Shown: positions 15,236 to 25,342 of the stretch, piece after piece
Layout of the letters: each line of letters begins with the position of its first letter
Position numbering within the stretch: the stretch's first letter is position 1
NCBI GenBank assembly: GCA_963715985.1
Contig: CAVQSP010000011.1
Span: forward strand, 416,001 to 480,000
From: an uncultured Thermoleophilia bacterium
Lineage (GTDB): Bacteria; Actinomycetota; Thermoleophilia; UBA2241
Length of the DNA stretch: 64,000 bases
Direction of reading: 5' to 3'
Program-made: the position numbers and the translations under genes
Notes under the pieces: model-generated
Databases searched by the model: none
What the model was told of the DNA's origin: nothing
The model's input: only the letters and a program-made list of their open reading frames with translations

Positions 15236-16267
15236 TCACCCGCGCGCGCGGCCGGGCCCGCCGCGAGGGGAGCCGCCGGCACGGCGACGAGGGCCGCCCG
15301 GCGAGTCGCCGCCGGAGGGGCGCCCGCCCGCGCCGGAGGGCGGCCCGCCGGAGGCGCGGCCGCCGGGGCCGGCGCGGCGTCCTGTCACCGGCTGCAGGTC
15401 CCCGGCACACCAGGCGCGGGCCGGCGCCAGCCGGGCCCGCGCCGCGCTCGCCTCCTCCTCGCCGGCGAAGATGCCGAACACGGCGGCGCCGCTGCCGGTC
15501 ATGGCCGCCGCCAGCGCGCCGGCCGCGGCCATACGCTCACACAGCTCCGCCACCGCGGGTTTGCGGGCAGTCACGCTGGCCTGCAGGTCGTTGTGCACGA
15601 GAGCCGCCACGTCCGTCACGGTGCGCGCCGCCTGGATGCGCCCCGAGAGGTCCCGCGCCCGGGGGATGAAATCGCGCAGGGACGCCTCAGCGTCCTCGTC
15701 GCGCCAGCGGTACACCGCGGCTGTGCTGAGGCCCAGATCGGGCATCGCGATCACGAAGCTCAGCTCGGGGAGCTCGACGGCCTTGAGCACCTGGCCGCGA
15801 CCCATGACGAACTGGGCACCCGGCCACAGGAAGAAGGGCACGTCCGAGCCTACCGCGGCGGCCACCTCGTGGCGCACCTTGTCCGAGAGCTCAAGGGAGA
15901 AGAGGTCCTCGATCGCGGCGAGCGTGGCGGCGGCGTCCGAGCTGCCGCCGCCGAGCCCGCCGCCCGGGGGGATGCGCTTGTCGATGGTCACCTTCACCTC
16001 GAAGCGCCGCTCCAGCCGGGCCTCCAGCTCGCGCACCAGCTTGGCCGCCAGGTTCTGCTCCCCGGGCGCCACCTCGCACACCACGTCCAGCCCCGCCCCG
16101 GGGGTCCGCTCGACCAGCACGCGGTCGGCCAGGGTCACCGGGACCATCAGGGAGGCGATCTCGTGAAAACCGTCCGGGCGCGAAGGGCCCACCAGCAGCG
16201 CCAGATTGAGCTTGGCCGGGGCCGCCACCTCCGTCACGGCCGCTGACCCGTTGCCGCTCACCATCAT
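15236..16267 (-). CDS. ispE: 4-diphosphocytidyl-2-C-methyl-D-erythritol kinase
   Basis: APAKLNLAL, KRIPPGGGLGGGSSDAA, VGSDVPFF, MTGSG; about 50 aa G/P/R-rich C-terminal tail. Confidence 0.93.
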   Translation of the reverse strand: MMVSGNGSAAVTEVAAPAKLNLALLVGPSRPDGFHEIASLMVPVTLADRVLVERTPGAGLDVVCEVAPGEQNLAAKLVRELEARLERRFEVKVTIDKRIPPGGGLGGGSSDAAATLAAIEDLFSLELSDKVRHEVAAAVGSDVPFFLWPGAQFVMGRGQVLKAVELPELSFVIAMPDLGLSTAAVYRWRDEDAEASLRDFIPRARDLSGRIQAARTVTDVAALVHNDLQASVTARKPAVAELCERMAAAGALAAAMTGSGAAVFGIFAGEEEASAARARLAPARAWCAGDLQPVTGRRAGPGGRASGGPPSGAGGRPSGGDSPGGPRRRAGGSPRGGPGRARG

Positions 16268-16301
16268 GCCTGTACCTCCACGATGTCAGGGCCTCTGCTT
16301 G

Positions 16302-17237
16302 TCACCGGCGCCGGAGGTCCGGCTCCAGCCAGCCGGCGCGGCGCGCGAACGTCACCCACTGCGGCGGCGCCAGCTCCTCCGGGCGCGCCGCCGGGGCAAG
16401 GTCAAGATCCTCGAGTGTGCCGCGCACCGTCTCGCGCGAGAGGGTCACGCCGCCGTAGGCCGCTCCGGCAAGGGTGTTGGTGAGCACCTTGCGCCGCTGC
16501 CCGAAGGCGATCCGCACCAGGCGGTCCATGGCCTGGTACTCGGCCGCGGTGAGGGCGGAGTCGTCTGCCCGCCGCACGAACGACACGAAGGAGGACTCCA
16601 CCCTGGGCCGCGGGCGGAAGGCGGCCGCCGGCACGGGGCGCGACTCCACCTTGCGGCACGCGAGCTGCACGAGCACCGAGACGGCCGCGTACGCCTTGGT
16701 CGACGGCATCGCGAACAGGCGCTCGGCAAGCTCGCGCTGCACCATCACCGCCCAGTGCCCGACTGTCGGCAGCGTGGCGATGCTCGTCATGATGAGCGGG
16801 ATGGCGATGTTGTAGGCGAGGTTGGCGACCAGGGCCGTGGGCGGCGGCTCGAGGACGGTGAGGTCCGCCCTGAGCGCGTCCCCCTCGTGCACGCGCAGGT
16901 TGTCGTGCTCGCCGGCGAGCCGCTCGAGGCGCGAGAAGTAGCGGCGGTCGATCTCGAAGGCATGCACGAGCCGGGCGCGCTCCAGGACGGGCCGCGTGAG
17001 CTGGCCGTCCGCGGCGCCGACCTCGAGCACCACGTCGTCCTGCGTCACGGCGGCCTGCTCGACGATGGCGCGCAGCACGTTGCGGTCCACGAGGTGGTTC
17101 TGACCGTAGCGGTGCAGCGCGTGCGGACGCGGCGGGCGGCTGCGCTCCTCCGGCCCTTGGCCCGGCGACCCGCTGCGACCGCCTCGCGGCGCGCCCTTCC
17201 CGCCGCCCGCGCCCGAAGCGCCGTGGCCGGCGGGCAC
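16302..17237 (-). CDS. rsmA: 16S rRNA dimethyladenosine transferase KsgA
   Basis: GQNHLVD, VLEVGAADG, VANLAYNI, VMVQRE, FGQRRK; GTG at 17237 preceded by GGAGG. Confidence 0.9.
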   Translation of the reverse strand: MPAGHGASGAGGGKGAPRGGRSGSPGQGPEERSRPPRPHALHRYGQNHLVDRNVLRAIVEQAAVTQDDVVLEVGAADGQLTRPVLERARLVHAFEIDRRYFSRLERLAGEHDNLRVHEGDALRADLTVLEPPPTALVANLAYNIAIPLIMTSIATLPTVGHWAVMVQRELAERLFAMPSTKAYAAVSVLVQLACRKVESRPVPAAAFRPRPRVESSFVSFVRRADDSALTAAEYQAMDRLVRIAFGQRRKVLTNTLAGAAYGGVTLSRETVRGTLEDLDLAPAARPEELAPPQWVTFARRAGWLEPDLRRR

Positions 17238-17239
17238 CG

Positions 17240-18005
17240 TCAGGACCCTCCCGCCAGCCCGAAGGCGCGGCGCGCGTTCTCCGTGGTGACCTCGGCCGAC
17301 GCGCGCCGCGTCCCAGCCACGCGCCTCCGCGACCACGGCGGCGGTGTGCACGACCCACGCCGGCTCGTTGCTGTTGCCGCGGTTGGGCACCGGCGCCAGG
17401 AACGGCGCGTCGGTCTCCACGAGCAGGCGGTCCTCGCGCACCCGCGCCGCCGCCGCGCGGAGGGCGCCGGCGTTCTTGTACGTCACGTTGCCGGCGAAGC
17501 TCGAGTAGTAGCCGCGCTCGTTGCACTCGTCCACTGGATCCGGCAGCGAGAAGCAGTGCATGACGACGGTGAGGCCGGCGGCCTCCTCGGCCAGCTGTGC
17601 CATGGCCTCGTCCCCGGCCTCGCGCACGTGCACCACGAGCGGCAGGCCGGCACGGCGTGCGAGCGCGATCTGGGCGCTGAAGGCACGCCGCTGCGCCGCG
17701 CGCGGCGAGAGGTCCCTGTAGAAGTCCAGCCCGCACTCCCCCACGGCCACGACGCGTGGGCGGGCGGCGAGCTCCTCGAGCTCGCCGAGCAGTACCTCGT
17801 CGCAGGCCGCCGCGTCGTGCGGGTGCAGGCCGACCGTGGCGTACACGCCGTCGAGGCGCGAGGCCAGCTCGATGGCCTGCCGCGAGGTGGCGAGGTCGAT
17901 GCCGATGGTGATCACCGTGTCCACACCGGCGACGCACGCGTCGCGCACGGCCGCGGCCGGGTCGGCGATCATCTCGAGGTGGCAGTGAGTGTCTGTCAGC
18001 GGCAC
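17240..18005 (-). CDS. tatD: TatD family hydrolase (+1 frameshift near 17296 fuses it to rsmA in the ORF track)
   Basis: DTHCH, GLHPH, GECGLDF, VETDAPFLAP; the canonical end EVTTENARRAFGLAGGS* lies in the adjacent frame. Confidence 0.92.
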
Positions 18006-18050
18006 GTGATCACACGGGTCGCGGCCGGGCGACGCACGGCGAGGGCCGGC

Positions 18051-19577
18051 TCAGGCACCGGCCTCGATGCGCGGGAAGAGCGGGGGGCCCGCCGCGACGG
18101 CGGCGGCCTCGAACCCCTGCCACCGCGCCTTCTCGAGCAGCAGATCGGCGGGAGCGCAGGGCTGCCCGAGGCGCCGCAGGATCTCCGCGGCTGTCGCGGG
18201 CATCACGGGGTGCAGCGCCACGGCCACCAGCCGCAGCCCGGCGGCCAGGGCGTGGAGCACGGCGTCCAGACGCGCCGCCTCGGCCTCGTCCTTGGCGAGC
18301 TTCCACGGCGCCTCTTCCTCCACCAGACGGTTGAGGCGCCGCACGAACTCCCACACGCACTCGATGGCGGCCGTGACCTCCACGGCGTCGTAGCGGGCGG
18401 AGGCGGCGGCGATCATGGCCTCGCCGGCCGCGGCCACGTCGGCGAGCGGCAGGGAGCCCTCCGCCGGTACGTGCCCGTCGCGGTACTTGCCGATCATGCT
18501 CACGCTGCGGCTCACGAGGTTGCCCAGCTCGTTGGCGAGCTCGCTGTTGTAGCGTGACTCGAAGCCGTCCATGCCGATGACGCCGTCCTGCCCCAGCGTG
18601 ACCTCACGCATCAGGTAGTAGCGCAGCGGGTCGATGCCGTACTGCTCCATCACCGCGAAGGGGTCGAGCACGTTGCCGCGCGTCTTGCTCATCTTCTCGC
18701 CGCCCATGATGAGGTAGCCGTGGATGAGCTCGGCCTCGGGCACGTCGTAGCCGGCGCTCATCAGCAGGGCCGGCCAGATGACGGCGTGGAACTTGAGGAT
18801 GTCCTTGGCCATCACGTGCAGCTGCGCCGGCCAGTAGTGCCCCGTGAGGTCCTCGCCGGGGCGCGCGTAGGTGAGCGCCGAGAGGTAGTTGATGAGCGCG
18901 TCCACCCACACGTAGATGGTCTGCTCCTCGTCCCACGGCACCGGCACGCCCCAGGTGATGCTGGAGCGGCTGATGGAGATGTCGTCCAGGCCCTGCTCGA
19001 TGAACGACAGGGCCTCGTTGTAGCGGGAGCGCGGCTTGACGAAGTCGGGCCGCGCGCGGAAGAACTCGGAGAGCCGGTCCTGGTACCTGCTGAGCAGGAA
19101 GTAGTAGTTCTCCTCCTCCAGCCAGACAGGCTTGATGCCGTGGTCCGGACAGGTGCCGTCCGCCGCCAGGTCGCGCTCGTACCAGAAGCCCTCGCAGGCG
19201 GTGCAGTAGAGGCCTCCGTAACTGCGCTTCTCCACATCGCCGTTGGCCTTCAGGCGCTCCACGAACTGCTGCACGAACGCCTCGTGCTCCGGGTCGGTGG
19301 TGCGGATGAAGAAGTCGTTGGACGCGTTGAGCTGCCGCGCCAGGTCGCGGAAGCGCGGCGCCAGCTCGTCTACGTGCTGCCGCGGCGTGAGCCCGCGCTC
19401 GGCCGCGGCCTGCGCCACCTTGTTGCCGTGCTCGTCCACCCCGGTGAGGAAGAAGACGTCGTCGCCCTTCTGGCGGTGGTAGCGGGCGAGCACGTCGGTG
19501 GCGATGGTCGTGTAGGCGTGCCCCAGGTGAGGCTCGCCGTTGACGTAGTAGATGGGCGTGGTGACGTAGAAGCGCAC
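18051..19577 (-). CDS. metG: Methionine--tRNA ligase (short form)
   Basis: TTPIYYVNGEPHLGH, KDILKFH, KMSKT, ELANELGNL. Confidence 0.97.
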   Translation of the reverse strand: MRFYVTTPIYYVNGEPHLGHAYTTIATDVLARYHRQKGDDVFFLTGVDEHGNKVAQAAAERGLTPRQHVDELAPRFRDLARQLNASNDFFIRTTDPEHEAFVQQFVERLKANGDVEKRSYGGLYCTACEGFWYERDLAADGTCPDHGIKPVWLEEENYYFLLSRYQDRLSEFFRARPDFVKPRSRYNEALSFIEQGLDDISISRSSITWGVPVPWDEEQTIYVWVDALINYLSALTYARPGEDLTGHYWPAQLHVMAKDILKFHAVIWPALLMSAGYDVPEAELIHGYLIMGGEKMSKTRGNVLDPFAVMEQYGIDPLRYYLMREVTLGQDGVIGMDGFESRYNSELANELGNLVSRSVSMIGKYRDGHVPAEGSLPLADVAAAGEAMIAAASARYDAVEVTAAIECVWEFVRRLNRLVEEEAPWKLAKDEAEAARLDAVLHALAAGLRLVAVALHPVMPATAAEILRRLGQPCAPADLLLEKARWQGFEAAAVAAGPPLFPRIEAGA

Positions 19578-19586
19578 GTGACTATC

Positions 19587-20162
19587 CTACTTCTTCTCGG
19601 AGGCCCGGGCCTTGGCGGCCTGCCCGTAGCTGCCCAGCCTGTCGCCGAGCGACCAGTACTCGCCCTCCGCGTAGGCCATCACGTCGAGCGCGGAGGTCTT
19701 CACGCGGCCGCGCGAGTCGAGCAGATCCTCGTCGAAGTGCGTGCGCACGATCTCGGCGATGAACAGGTCGTGGACGCCGAGCGAGAGCTGGTGCCTCACC
19801 ACGCACTCGAGATTGATCGGGCACTCGGAGATGAGCGGCGCCGAGACCTCCTGCGCCGGCGCCGCCGTGAACCCGAGCTCCCTGAACTTGTCGTGCTCGC
19901 GGCCCGACCACACGCCGGCCGTGTCCACCTCCGCGACCTGGCCGGCGCGCGGGATGTTGACGACGAACTCGCGCGCCTTCGTCACCAGTCCGTACGAGTG
20001 GCGCGACGGACGGATGGCGACGCTGAGCATGGGCGGGGCGGAGCACACCACGCCCACCCAGGCGAGCGTGATCATGTTGGGCGTGCCGCCCTCCCCGTTG
20101 ACGGAGAGGAGCACGACCGGCGTCGGCACGAGGGCGGTGGAGGGCTTGCGCGCGATCTTCAT
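19587..20162 (-). CDS. Flavin reductase family protein (flavoredoxin-like)
   Basis: PTPVVLLS, NMITLAW, EFVVNIP, APLISECPINLEC, HDLFIAEI. Confidence 0.85.
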   Translation of the reverse strand: MKIARKPSTALVPTPVVLLSVNGEGGTPNMITLAWVGVVCSAPPMLSVAIRPSRHSYGLVTKAREFVVNIPRAGQVAEVDTAGVWSGREHDKFRELGFTAAPAQEVSAPLISECPINLECVVRHQLSLGVHDLFIAEIVRTHFDEDLLDSRGRVKTSALDVMAYAEGEYWSLGDRLGSYGQAAKARASEKK

Positions 20163-20296
20163 GCGAGACTCCCGGAGTCGGCGTGGGCGGCGCCGAGTGG
20201 AGGCGCCGAGGACAATCGTACCCCAGGGCGGGAATTCGCAGGCCGCTGGCGACCTCGCCACGACATTCGTAGAATGGCGAGGTCGAAGGGAGCAGC

Positions 20297-20770
20297 ATGC
20301 GCACGCAGGCACTGGACAAGACGGACATCGCCATCATCGGCCACCTGCAGGCCGACGGGCGCCGCCCGTTCACGAGCATCGCCAAGGACCTGGGCATCTC
20401 GGAAGCCAGCGTGCGCCAGCGTGTGTCACGCCTCCTGCGCACCAAGGTCATCCAGATCGTGGCCGTGAGCAGCCCGCTCGACCTGGGGCTGATGTGGGCG
20501 CAAGTGCACCTGCGCGTCAAGGGCGACCGCATCCAGGCCGTCGCCGAGGCGGTCGCCGAGCTCCCGCAGGTCGACTACGTCAGCATCTGCGCCGGCGACA
20601 TCGACATCATCGTCGGCGTCGTGGCTCACGACCGCGACGAACTGCTGCAGGTGCTGGTCAACGACATCCGCACGGTCCCCGGCATCGACCAGGCCGACGT
20701 CGTGCTCAACCTCAAGATCCTCAAGGACAACTACGAGTGGTCCCCGGGCGAGCACGCCGAGCGCCCCTGA
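20297..20770 (+). CDS. Lrp/AsnC family transcriptional regulator
   Basis: LDKTDIAIIGHLQADGRRPFTSIAKDLGISEASVRQRVSRL HTH plus C-terminal RAM domain. Confidence 0.93.
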   Translation: MRTQALDKTDIAIIGHLQADGRRPFTSIAKDLGISEASVRQRVSRLLRTKVIQIVAVSSPLDLGLMWAQVHLRVKGDRIQAVAEAVAELPQVDYVSICAGDIDIIVGVVAHDRDELLQVLVNDIRTVPGIDQADVVLNLKILKDNYEWSPGEHAERP

Positions 20771-20816
20771 GGCGCCCGCTCCGACTCGCCCACCGCCGCC
20801 AAGGAGAGATGAGACC

Positions 20817-22203
20817 ATGGGCGACCAGACACGCCCCCACGTGCACACCCCGCCCCCCGGCCCGCGCAGCGAAGCGCTCCTCAAGCGCGGCGAGGACATC
20901 CTCCTGGGGGTCTCACTCATCGGCGACTGGCCCCCGAGCCACTTCGTCTCGCGCTACCGCGACGGCTGGTTCATCGAGGACGTGGACGGCAACCGCTACC
21001 TCGACTGGCTTGCGGGCTGGGCCTCGGCGCCTCTCGGCGGCAACCATCCCGAGCTCGTGGAGGCCGCACACACGGCGCTCAAGGAGTACGGCACCGAGTG
21101 TCTCTCGTCGCTGACGGTCATGGCATCAGTACGAGCTCGCGGAGAAGCTGGTCGAGATCGCTCCGAAGCCGCTCAGCAAGGTCGTCTACGACACCACCGG
21201 CAGCGAGGTCGTCGAGAACGCCGTGCGCATCATGCGCGAGGCCGCCGGTCCCGGCCGCCCGTTCGTCATCACCTTCCTGGGCAGCTTCCACGGCGGCAAC
21301 TACGGCACCGGCGCCATGGGCCCGCACAACGCCCACTACAACCACGGCATCGAGCCGTTCATGAGCGGCTGGATCAACGTCCCCTTCCCCACCTGCTACC
21401 GCTGCCCCTACCACCTCGATTACCCCGCCTGCGACATCGCCTGTCTCGACTACATCGAGGAGATGATCCTCAAGTACAAGGCCACGCCGGACAGCATCGC
21501 GGGCGTGAACGTCGAGTTCATCCAGGGCGAGAACGGCATCCAGATCCCGCCGCCGGAGTGGCCGAAGCGACTGTACGACCTCTGCAAGAAGTACGACTGG
21601 ATCCTCTACAACGACGAGGTCCAGGAGGGCATGGGCCGCTGCGGCGAGTGGTTCCTCGTGGACGCGTACCCGGACGTCGAGGTGGAGCTGCTCTCGCTCG
21701 GCAAGGGCACGTCCGGCGGCCTGATCCCGATCTGCTACACCCTGGGCTCCGAGCGCATGAGCGAGCCCGCCGGCGAACTCTACACGGGAGGCACGTTCGC
21801 CGGCTCTCCGGTCGGCTGCGCCGTCGGCATCAAGCTCATCGAGGTCATGAAGCGCGACCGCGTTCTGGACAACGTCAAGGAGATCGAGCGGGTCGCCAAG
21901 GCGAAGTTCGGCGCCATGAAGGAGAAGTACGAGATCGTCGGCGACGTGCGCGTGAAGGGCTGCTACCAGTGCCTCGAGTTCGTCGAGGACAAGGACTCCA
22001 AGACCCCCGCGCACGACCTCACGCGGGAGATCGTCTACGCCATGGAGCGACGCGGGGTGGTGCCGATCTACGAGCCGGCCTTCAACTGGTTCCGCCCCAC
22101 GCCGGCGCTCAACATGCCGCCCGAGCTGTTCGCGCTGGGCTGCGACATCGTGGAAGAATGCGTGGCCGAGGTGAGCAAGGCGCACGCCAAGGGCGTGCGG
22201 TAG
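20817..22203 (+). CDS. Class III PLP-dependent aminotransferase (+1 frameshift near 21124)
   Basis: EDVDGNRYLDW, TGSEVVENA, GSFHG, EFIQGENG, DEVQEGMGRCG, LGKG; removing one base joins the two ORFs. Confidence 0.9.
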
Positions 22204-22219
22204 CGGAGGTGCCTGACTC

Positions 22220-23179
22220 ATGACCTACGAGGAGATGCCGTACGCCGGCATCGCGACGTTCTTCAAGGCGCCGTACGTGCCGGCGCCGACGCGCGACGAG
22301 GCCGACGTGGCCGTACTGGGCGTGCCCTGGGACCTGGGCACGACCAGCCGTTCGGGCACGCGCATGGGGCCGCGCGCCCTGCGCGAGACCTCGACGATGT
22401 GGGCGTTCCGCGACGGCCTCGACCCGCTCTATGACGGCGAGGCCCGCGTGATGCTCATGGGCGGCGTGCGCTGGGCCGACGCCGGCGACGTGCAGCTCGG
22501 CCCCATGTGGACGCGCGACCGCTTTCACGAGGCGGTCGGCGCTCGCGTGCTCCCGCTGCTCGAGGCAGGGGTCTTCCCCGTCACCTTGGGCGGCGACCAC
22601 TCCATCACCTACCCGGTGCTCTCCTCCGTCCACAAGGCGCGCGGGGACAGGCCGTTCCAGCTCGTCCAGTTCGACACGCACATGGACTACTGGGACGAGG
22701 AGGGCGGCGAGCGCTACTCGCACGCGAGCCCGATCATCCGCGCGCACGAGGCGGGCTGGCTCGCCGGCCTCACGCAGTACGGCATCCGCAGCCTGCACAC
22801 GTCCGGCGACAACATCGCCCTGGCGCGGCGGCGCGGTGCGCACATCTTCTGGTGCGAGCAGGCCAAGGACATGCTCCCCGAACGCCTGGTCGAGCACCTG
22901 GAGCCGGGCGCCGACGTCTACATCACCTTCGACATCGACTCCCTGGACCCGGCCATCGCCCCCGGCACCGGCACGCCGGAGCCCGGCGGCTTCAGCTACT
23001 ACGAGGCCAAGGCCATCCTCCTGGCGGTGTGTGCGCGCTGCAACGTGATCGGCATGGACCTCGTCGAGGTGGCGCCGCAGTACGACGGCCCCGGCCAGCT
23101 CACCGCCATGCACGGCGCCCGACTCATCCTCGACACGGTCGGGGCGGTGTTTCGGCGGCGCGCCGAACTGGCGAAGTAG
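22220..23179 (+). CDS. Ureohydrolase (agmatinase/arginase family)
   Basis: GVPWD, GPRALR, LGGDHS, DTHMD, FDIDSLDP, GTGTPEPGG, DLVEVAP. Confidence 0.92.
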   Translation: MTYEEMPYAGIATFFKAPYVPAPTRDEADVAVLGVPWDLGTTSRSGTRMGPRALRETSTMWAFRDGLDPLYDGEARVMLMGGVRWADAGDVQLGPMWTRDRFHEAVGARVLPLLEAGVFPVTLGGDHSITYPVLSSVHKARGDRPFQLVQFDTHMDYWDEEGGERYSHASPIIRAHEAGWLAGLTQYGIRSLHTSGDNIALARRRGAHIFWCEQAKDMLPERLVEHLEPGADVYITFDIDSLDPAIAPGTGTPEPGGFSYYEAKAILLAVCARCNVIGMDLVEVAPQYDGPGQLTAMHGARLILDTVGAVFRRRAELAK

Positions 23180-23890
23180 CCCGGCGCGCGGCGCAACGTC
23201 CACGGGTTCGTCACCCGTCATGCCTCGCGGTGGGCATCGCCGGCGCGCGACACTGCCGGCAGTGCGCTACGCGGCCCTGACCGCTCGTCGTTCTTGGACA
23301 TATAGGCTTCAACGAGGTCGTGCGAGTCATGGTCCTTCGCCAGGTTGACTCGGTCACGACGACGCCGGCTCGATGCGGCAGGCATCCAGACCTCCGTCCC
23401 TCGATGGTGCGCGAGCGTCGCACGAGACGCGCCGCCTGGGCATCACAGATACGGACCGGGCTGCGGGTGCTGGCTCAGACTCCGAGTCCGGAGTCCCGCG
23501 ATGAGCGCTGAGTCACGAATCTTCACGGGATCGAGCGACTGTAGGGAACGCGGCGAGATCGTCCTCTTGAGCGGTTCGCTCGCAACTCGACCATGACGGG
23601 CGCGACACCGCGCGCACCGACGCGTGGGCGAAGCCGAAGCTCCCGCCAGCTCGCCTGCGCGCAGGCGACAGGAGCCATCGAACGGCGACTGCTCCTGATG
23701 GCCGCATGCCATCGAGGACGGTCGCGCTACACCGCATGGCGGCCTCGACCACAGGTCATCCGACGATCAGGGAGTGCTCACGAGGTCGAGCAAGCATCCG
23801 GTTCTGTGTCGAGACAGGCCATGCTGAAGGATGCAGGCGAGTGAGGGAGCTGCACTGTTCAAGGCGAGCACGACGTGACGCGCGCCGATA

Positions 23891-24088
23891 ATGCGTCCCG
23901 GGCGGCCTCACGCAGCGTCCTCTCGGGGCACGCCGCCGCGCATCCCCAGATGGAACCAGCGATATCAGAACGGCATCGGCGACCCCATGCGCAAGATGGC
24001 CCTCGTGCTGGGCCTCGAGCTGCGCACGAGCCTCGAACCAATGGCCAAGGCCTGGAGCTCTCGGGCCAGCGGCGAGCACGTCGAGTGA
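23891..24088 (+). pseudogene. Possible degenerate XRE-type HTH fragment
   Basis: RYQNGIGDP.RKMALVLGLEL resembles the C-terminal half of an XRE HTH; no convincing N-terminus. Confidence 0.25.
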
Positions 24089-24113
24089 GGCCGCCGGCGC
24101 GGGCTGAGCGGCT

Positions 24114-24458
24114 CTACCCGAAGAACGCGCCGTACCTGTCCTCGTCGACCAGCGCCACAAGCGATTCCAGGTCGGCCGGCATGACGTCCGGGTCGTACGC
24201 GTGCCATTTCAGGTCGCGGCGCATCCAGTAGAGCGTCCAGCTTCCGCGGGTGCGCGTGTACTTGAACCTCGCGACGCCCATACGAGTCCATTCGCCGACG
24301 CCGTTCCACGGAGCGCGCTCCTCGTAGATCGACACGCTGTGGCCGCGGACCTCGCAGACAAAGCGCAGTTCGTCGGCATGCTCCGGGCGCGAAACGCGCC
24401 GGCACAACGCCCCGACGGTCTTGTCGATCCGCTTCAGTTCAAGCTCGTTGAAGGCCAT
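24114..24458 (-). CDS. DUF3024 domain protein
   Basis: EERAPW, VARFKY, WTLYWMRRDLKWHAY, LVDEDRYGAFFG pattern; GGAGAGGAG RBS. Confidence 0.8.
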   Translation of the reverse strand: MAFNELELKRIDKTVGALCRRVSRPEHADELRFVCEVRGHSVSIYEERAPWNGVGEWTRMGVARFKYTRTRGSWTLYWMRRDLKWHAYDPDVMPADLESLVALVDEDRYGAFFG

Positions 24459-24483
24459 CCCGTCGGCCCTCTCCTCTCCGGTG

Positions 24484-24722
24484 CTGCACCTCGTCCGCGA
24501 TCACCACGACAGCGAACGGCACGCCGAGCGCCTCGAAGTGCTTCTGCCTGCAGCGCACCTTGTCGGCCTCGCTGGTGCGCAGCTTCGGGAAGTCGCGTGA
24601 GCCTTTGGTCTCGCGAACCAGGTAGAGCGGCCCGCGTTCTGCTTGAGGATCGCCAGGTCCGGGGTGTACTGGCCGACCGGCGTGTCGATCTCGAACCAGC
24701 GCGGCAACTTGACGAACAGCTA
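24484..24722 (-). pseudogene. C-terminal remnant of a type III restriction enzyme Res subunit
   Basis: LFVKLPRWFEIDTPVGQYTPD (frame 1) joined to LYLVRETKGSRDFPKLRTSEADKVRCRQKHFEALGVPF (frame 2); upstream TAG; rest of the gene is absent. Confidence 0.75.
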
Positions 24723-24743
24723 GCACATGCCCGCCGCGCCTCG

Positions 24744-25342
24744 CTACAGCCCGAGCGCGGCGACGCGCCTCTCGACCTCGTGCCAGTCGATGTTCTCGAC
24801 GAACGCCTCGATGTAGGGCGGCCGCCTGACCCCGTGGTCGAGGCCGCAGGCGTGCTCGTAGACGTCCAGCATGAGCAGCGGCCTGGCGTTGACGACGACA
24901 CCGGCGTCGTGCGCGTCCTGCCCGTACAAGCGCACCAAGCCGAGGTCCGGGTCGTACGCCGCCACGACCCAGCCCCGCACGGCCATAGCGAGGCCGGTGA
25001 CGTCGCCCATCATGGCTCGACGGCGCCGCAGTCACGCTCGATGAGCGCGATGGTCAGCGGGCCCGGCCGCGTGCCGGCCCCGCCCAGATCGTCGAAGTAG
25101 TACTCGTGCAGCGTGGCGCCGTTCAGGGCGAAGATCTCCGCCACAGCGAGGGCGCGCAGTTCGCCGTACGTCTGGTTCGCCTGCGAGCGGTCGGACCAGC
25201 GCAGCGCGTGCTGGAGGTCGTTGACCTTGTCCACGTAGCCGGCGTGGAGCAGGTCGTGGTGCTGGGCGATCATCCCGGCACTGATGCCCTCCATGTGCAG
25301 ACACGCGTCCTTGAGCGGTCTGACGGGGTAGTCCTCAGCCTT
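24744..25342 (-). pseudogene. Fe/Mn superoxide dismutase family pseudogene
   Basis: GIS..MIAQHH.LLHAGYV.KVN, NGATLHEYYF, RGWV, LLMLDVYEHA, YIEAFVENIDW; frameshift/stop near 25011; AAG at the expected start position after GAGGAGG. Confidence 0.8.

Noticed and set aside
16302-18005. Apparent TatD-RsmA fusion protein (567 aa)
   Set aside because: The canonical TatD end and stop lie in the adjacent frame, and rsmA has its own RBS and GTG; one extra base near 17296 explains the fusion.
23880-23908. CGCCGATAAT as a possible dif/Xer site
   Set aside because: It resembles only one arm; no XerD-like TTATGT arm follows.
25008-25015. TGA in the SOD gene as selenocysteine or readthrough
   Set aside because: The downstream half is in a different frame, so readthrough would not restore the protein.
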